Origin: Mustelus asterias
Taxonomy: Eukaryota
Reading direction: 5' to 3'
Assembly: GCF_964213995.1 (NCBI RefSeq)
Contig: NC_135819.1
Coordinates: 66,712,001 to 66,776,000, forward strand
Length of the DNA: 64,000 bases
In this document: positions 62,373-64,000 of the stretch, piece by piece
How positions within the stretch are numbered: position 1 is the stretch's first letter
How the letters are laid out: each line of letters begins with the position of its first letter
Translations under genes and position numbers: made by a program
The notes under the pieces: generated by a model
Told to the model about the DNA's origin: nothing
Databases searched by the model: none
Seen by the model: only the letters and a program-made list of their open reading frames with translations

Positions 62373-62732
62373 CTGGACAACGGATTGATCAATGTTTACA
62401 GCAGCCTAAAACGCTTTCTGTCACAAAAGGAGACTCGATCGTGTTAAATTGTTTCTACTCGGCACCTAGTCTACAAAGATTCGAAGCTTGGTGGGTTTTC
62501 CAAAATGACCACCGATGTCCTCTCAAGACCATCGCAAATTTATCGTCCAATGGACCCCAAGTGATTCATTCTCGATATTCTGCAATACACAACTCCAGTC
62601 AGAAAGCATTCACTTTAAGGATAACTGATGTTCAAATCAGTGACACTGGAGTCTATCGCTGTGAGATGTTTAAGACCTCGCCTCCACCAACTGGTAAAGT
62701 AATAGGAAAAGGAACGGCGCTGAAAGTAATTG
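62373..62732 (+). CDS. Ig V-set domain exon with germline-joined J motif; CD28/CTLA-4/NKp30-like receptor
   Basis: Acceptor ctcttttcaag|CT, donor ATTG|gtaact, 360 nt, phase 1/1. QQP, B-strand Cys (VLNC), C-strand Trp, FTLRI, DTGVYRC, SPPP loop, GKGTALKV. Confidence 0.93.
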
Positions 62733-63475
62733 GTAACTATATAACTTTATAAATTAGATTTCGTACTATATTATTTTGCACATTCCTACAAACTTCAGCT
62801 GAAATGAATTCTGTACACGTTTTTGTCAGTCACAGAGATGTGAGTGCTCAGGTTTGATAGTTAGTCCGTGGCGAATTGGCCCGAGCAAGACGTTAGGAGT
62901 GCTATAATTGACCTCAGTGCCCTTAGGCTTGGGAGGTTCCTACCCTTGATCTTTATCACGTTTTCCAGATGGACGTGCATATAAATGACATTGGTGGAAG
63001 ACAGAATCCGGGTCTCCATAGCAGAACAGCTTCATGATTTCCTAGGGTCGCACACGAGGAATATTCACAGGTGAGATGTTGGAGGGAACCTTTGGAGCAG
63101 TACCCCAGCAAACAGTCGGTTTACAGAGTGGTGAAAGGGAAAAAAATGGGTGGGAAAAGGGGGCAAGAAAGAAAGGAAAAGAAGTCATTGCGACAGTCAT
63201 ATCAAGGGTATAAACTAGAAAAGCACGACCAATATTTGAGATAACAATGCTGGCACACTGACAACCAGTATCAGCATCAAAGTATAATATATATATATAT
63301 ATATATTAAAATTCCCTTCACCCTACCCAAAAACTGGATTGTACCTTTGTCAATGTGCTAACTTTAACGGAGCTAATATAAATGAAGCTGTGAAGAAAAC
63401 ACAGATATCGCAAGCATACGTTTACCATTACTAACCAAAGTGCATAATTTGTCTCCCATGCTTAAAATATTGGAG

Positions 63476-63593
63476 CAGCAGCGCTCCGAAAGCTAGTGGC
63501 TTGTGCTACCAAATAAACCTGTTGGACTTTAACCTGGTGTTGTGAGACTTCTTACTGTGTTTACCCCAGTCCAACGCCGGCATCTCCACATCA
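63476..63593 (+). mobile_element. 5'-truncated Penelope pLTR in intron 2 of the IgSF gene
   Basis: gcgctccgaaagctagtgg...ctccacatca; TSD taaaatattggag at 63463-63475 and 63594-63606. Confidence 0.9.
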
Positions 63594-64000
63594 TAAAATA
63601 TTGGAGTCATTGGAGCAAAGGTTATTTGACTTCTTAAAGATTATTCTGCATTCAAATAGCATTCCTCAATTTGGGCTAATGAAATGTTTGGTTATTTTAA
63701 AAATCAATTGTAATAACACTGGTCTTGTTCCCGACTCTTGCTTTGATAAAGGCAGACATGAAGTACTTATTTACATGCAGTTGCTATTTTTTGATCATCC
63801 ACAAATTGACAATCCTCTGTTGGGTTTCACATCACTTTTAACAATTCTCTGTGTATTAATATAATTGTAAAATACTTCAGTCTCTTTTTTAATGAGTTTT
63901 GAAATTGTTTTCTCAGAATTCCTCTTAGCATCTTGTAAGTATCTACTTACAATAATTAAATTACTTGACATATTAGTTGACCCCAACAACTTTCTAGGCT

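Noticed and set aside
63287-63306. (AT)n microsatellite
   Set aside because: Ordinary simple repeat.

Overview
Repeat-dense eukaryotic DNA, almost certainly from a cartilaginous fish (shark). The evidence is HE1/V-SINEs with CR1-type tails and many CR1 LINE subfamilies. Most long ORFs in the track are transposon-derived or are antisense shadows of them. Two host genes are visible. (1) A plus-strand immunoglobulin-superfamily gene near the right end has a phase-1 leader exon (61002-61047) and a germline-joined V-J exon (62373-62732) with a CD28/CTLA-4-like PPP loop; its transmembrane and cytoplasmic exons lie outside the window. (2) A probable minus-strand gene has a CpG/NRF1 promoter near 21 kb, a non-coding exon 1 and coding exons at 2.6-2.97 kb; the N-terminus resembles a mitochondrial targeting peptide. 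Between them lies a nested TE stack: a near-intact full-length CR1, a class I (gamma/epsilon-like) endogenous retrovirus with a tRNA-Gln PBS, three solo LTRs, a Ty1/copia relic, a Harbinger relic with MITEs, and short palindromic Penelope inserts carrying minimal hammerhead ribozymes. The best leads are a canonical U-UUA-AAC -1 frameshift heptamer at the CR1 ORF1/ORF2 junction, a dispersed repeat headed by U2 snRNA sequence, the hammerhead-bearing Penelope family and the CD28-like receptor. All calls were made by eye without database searches, so boundaries of old repeats are approximate.
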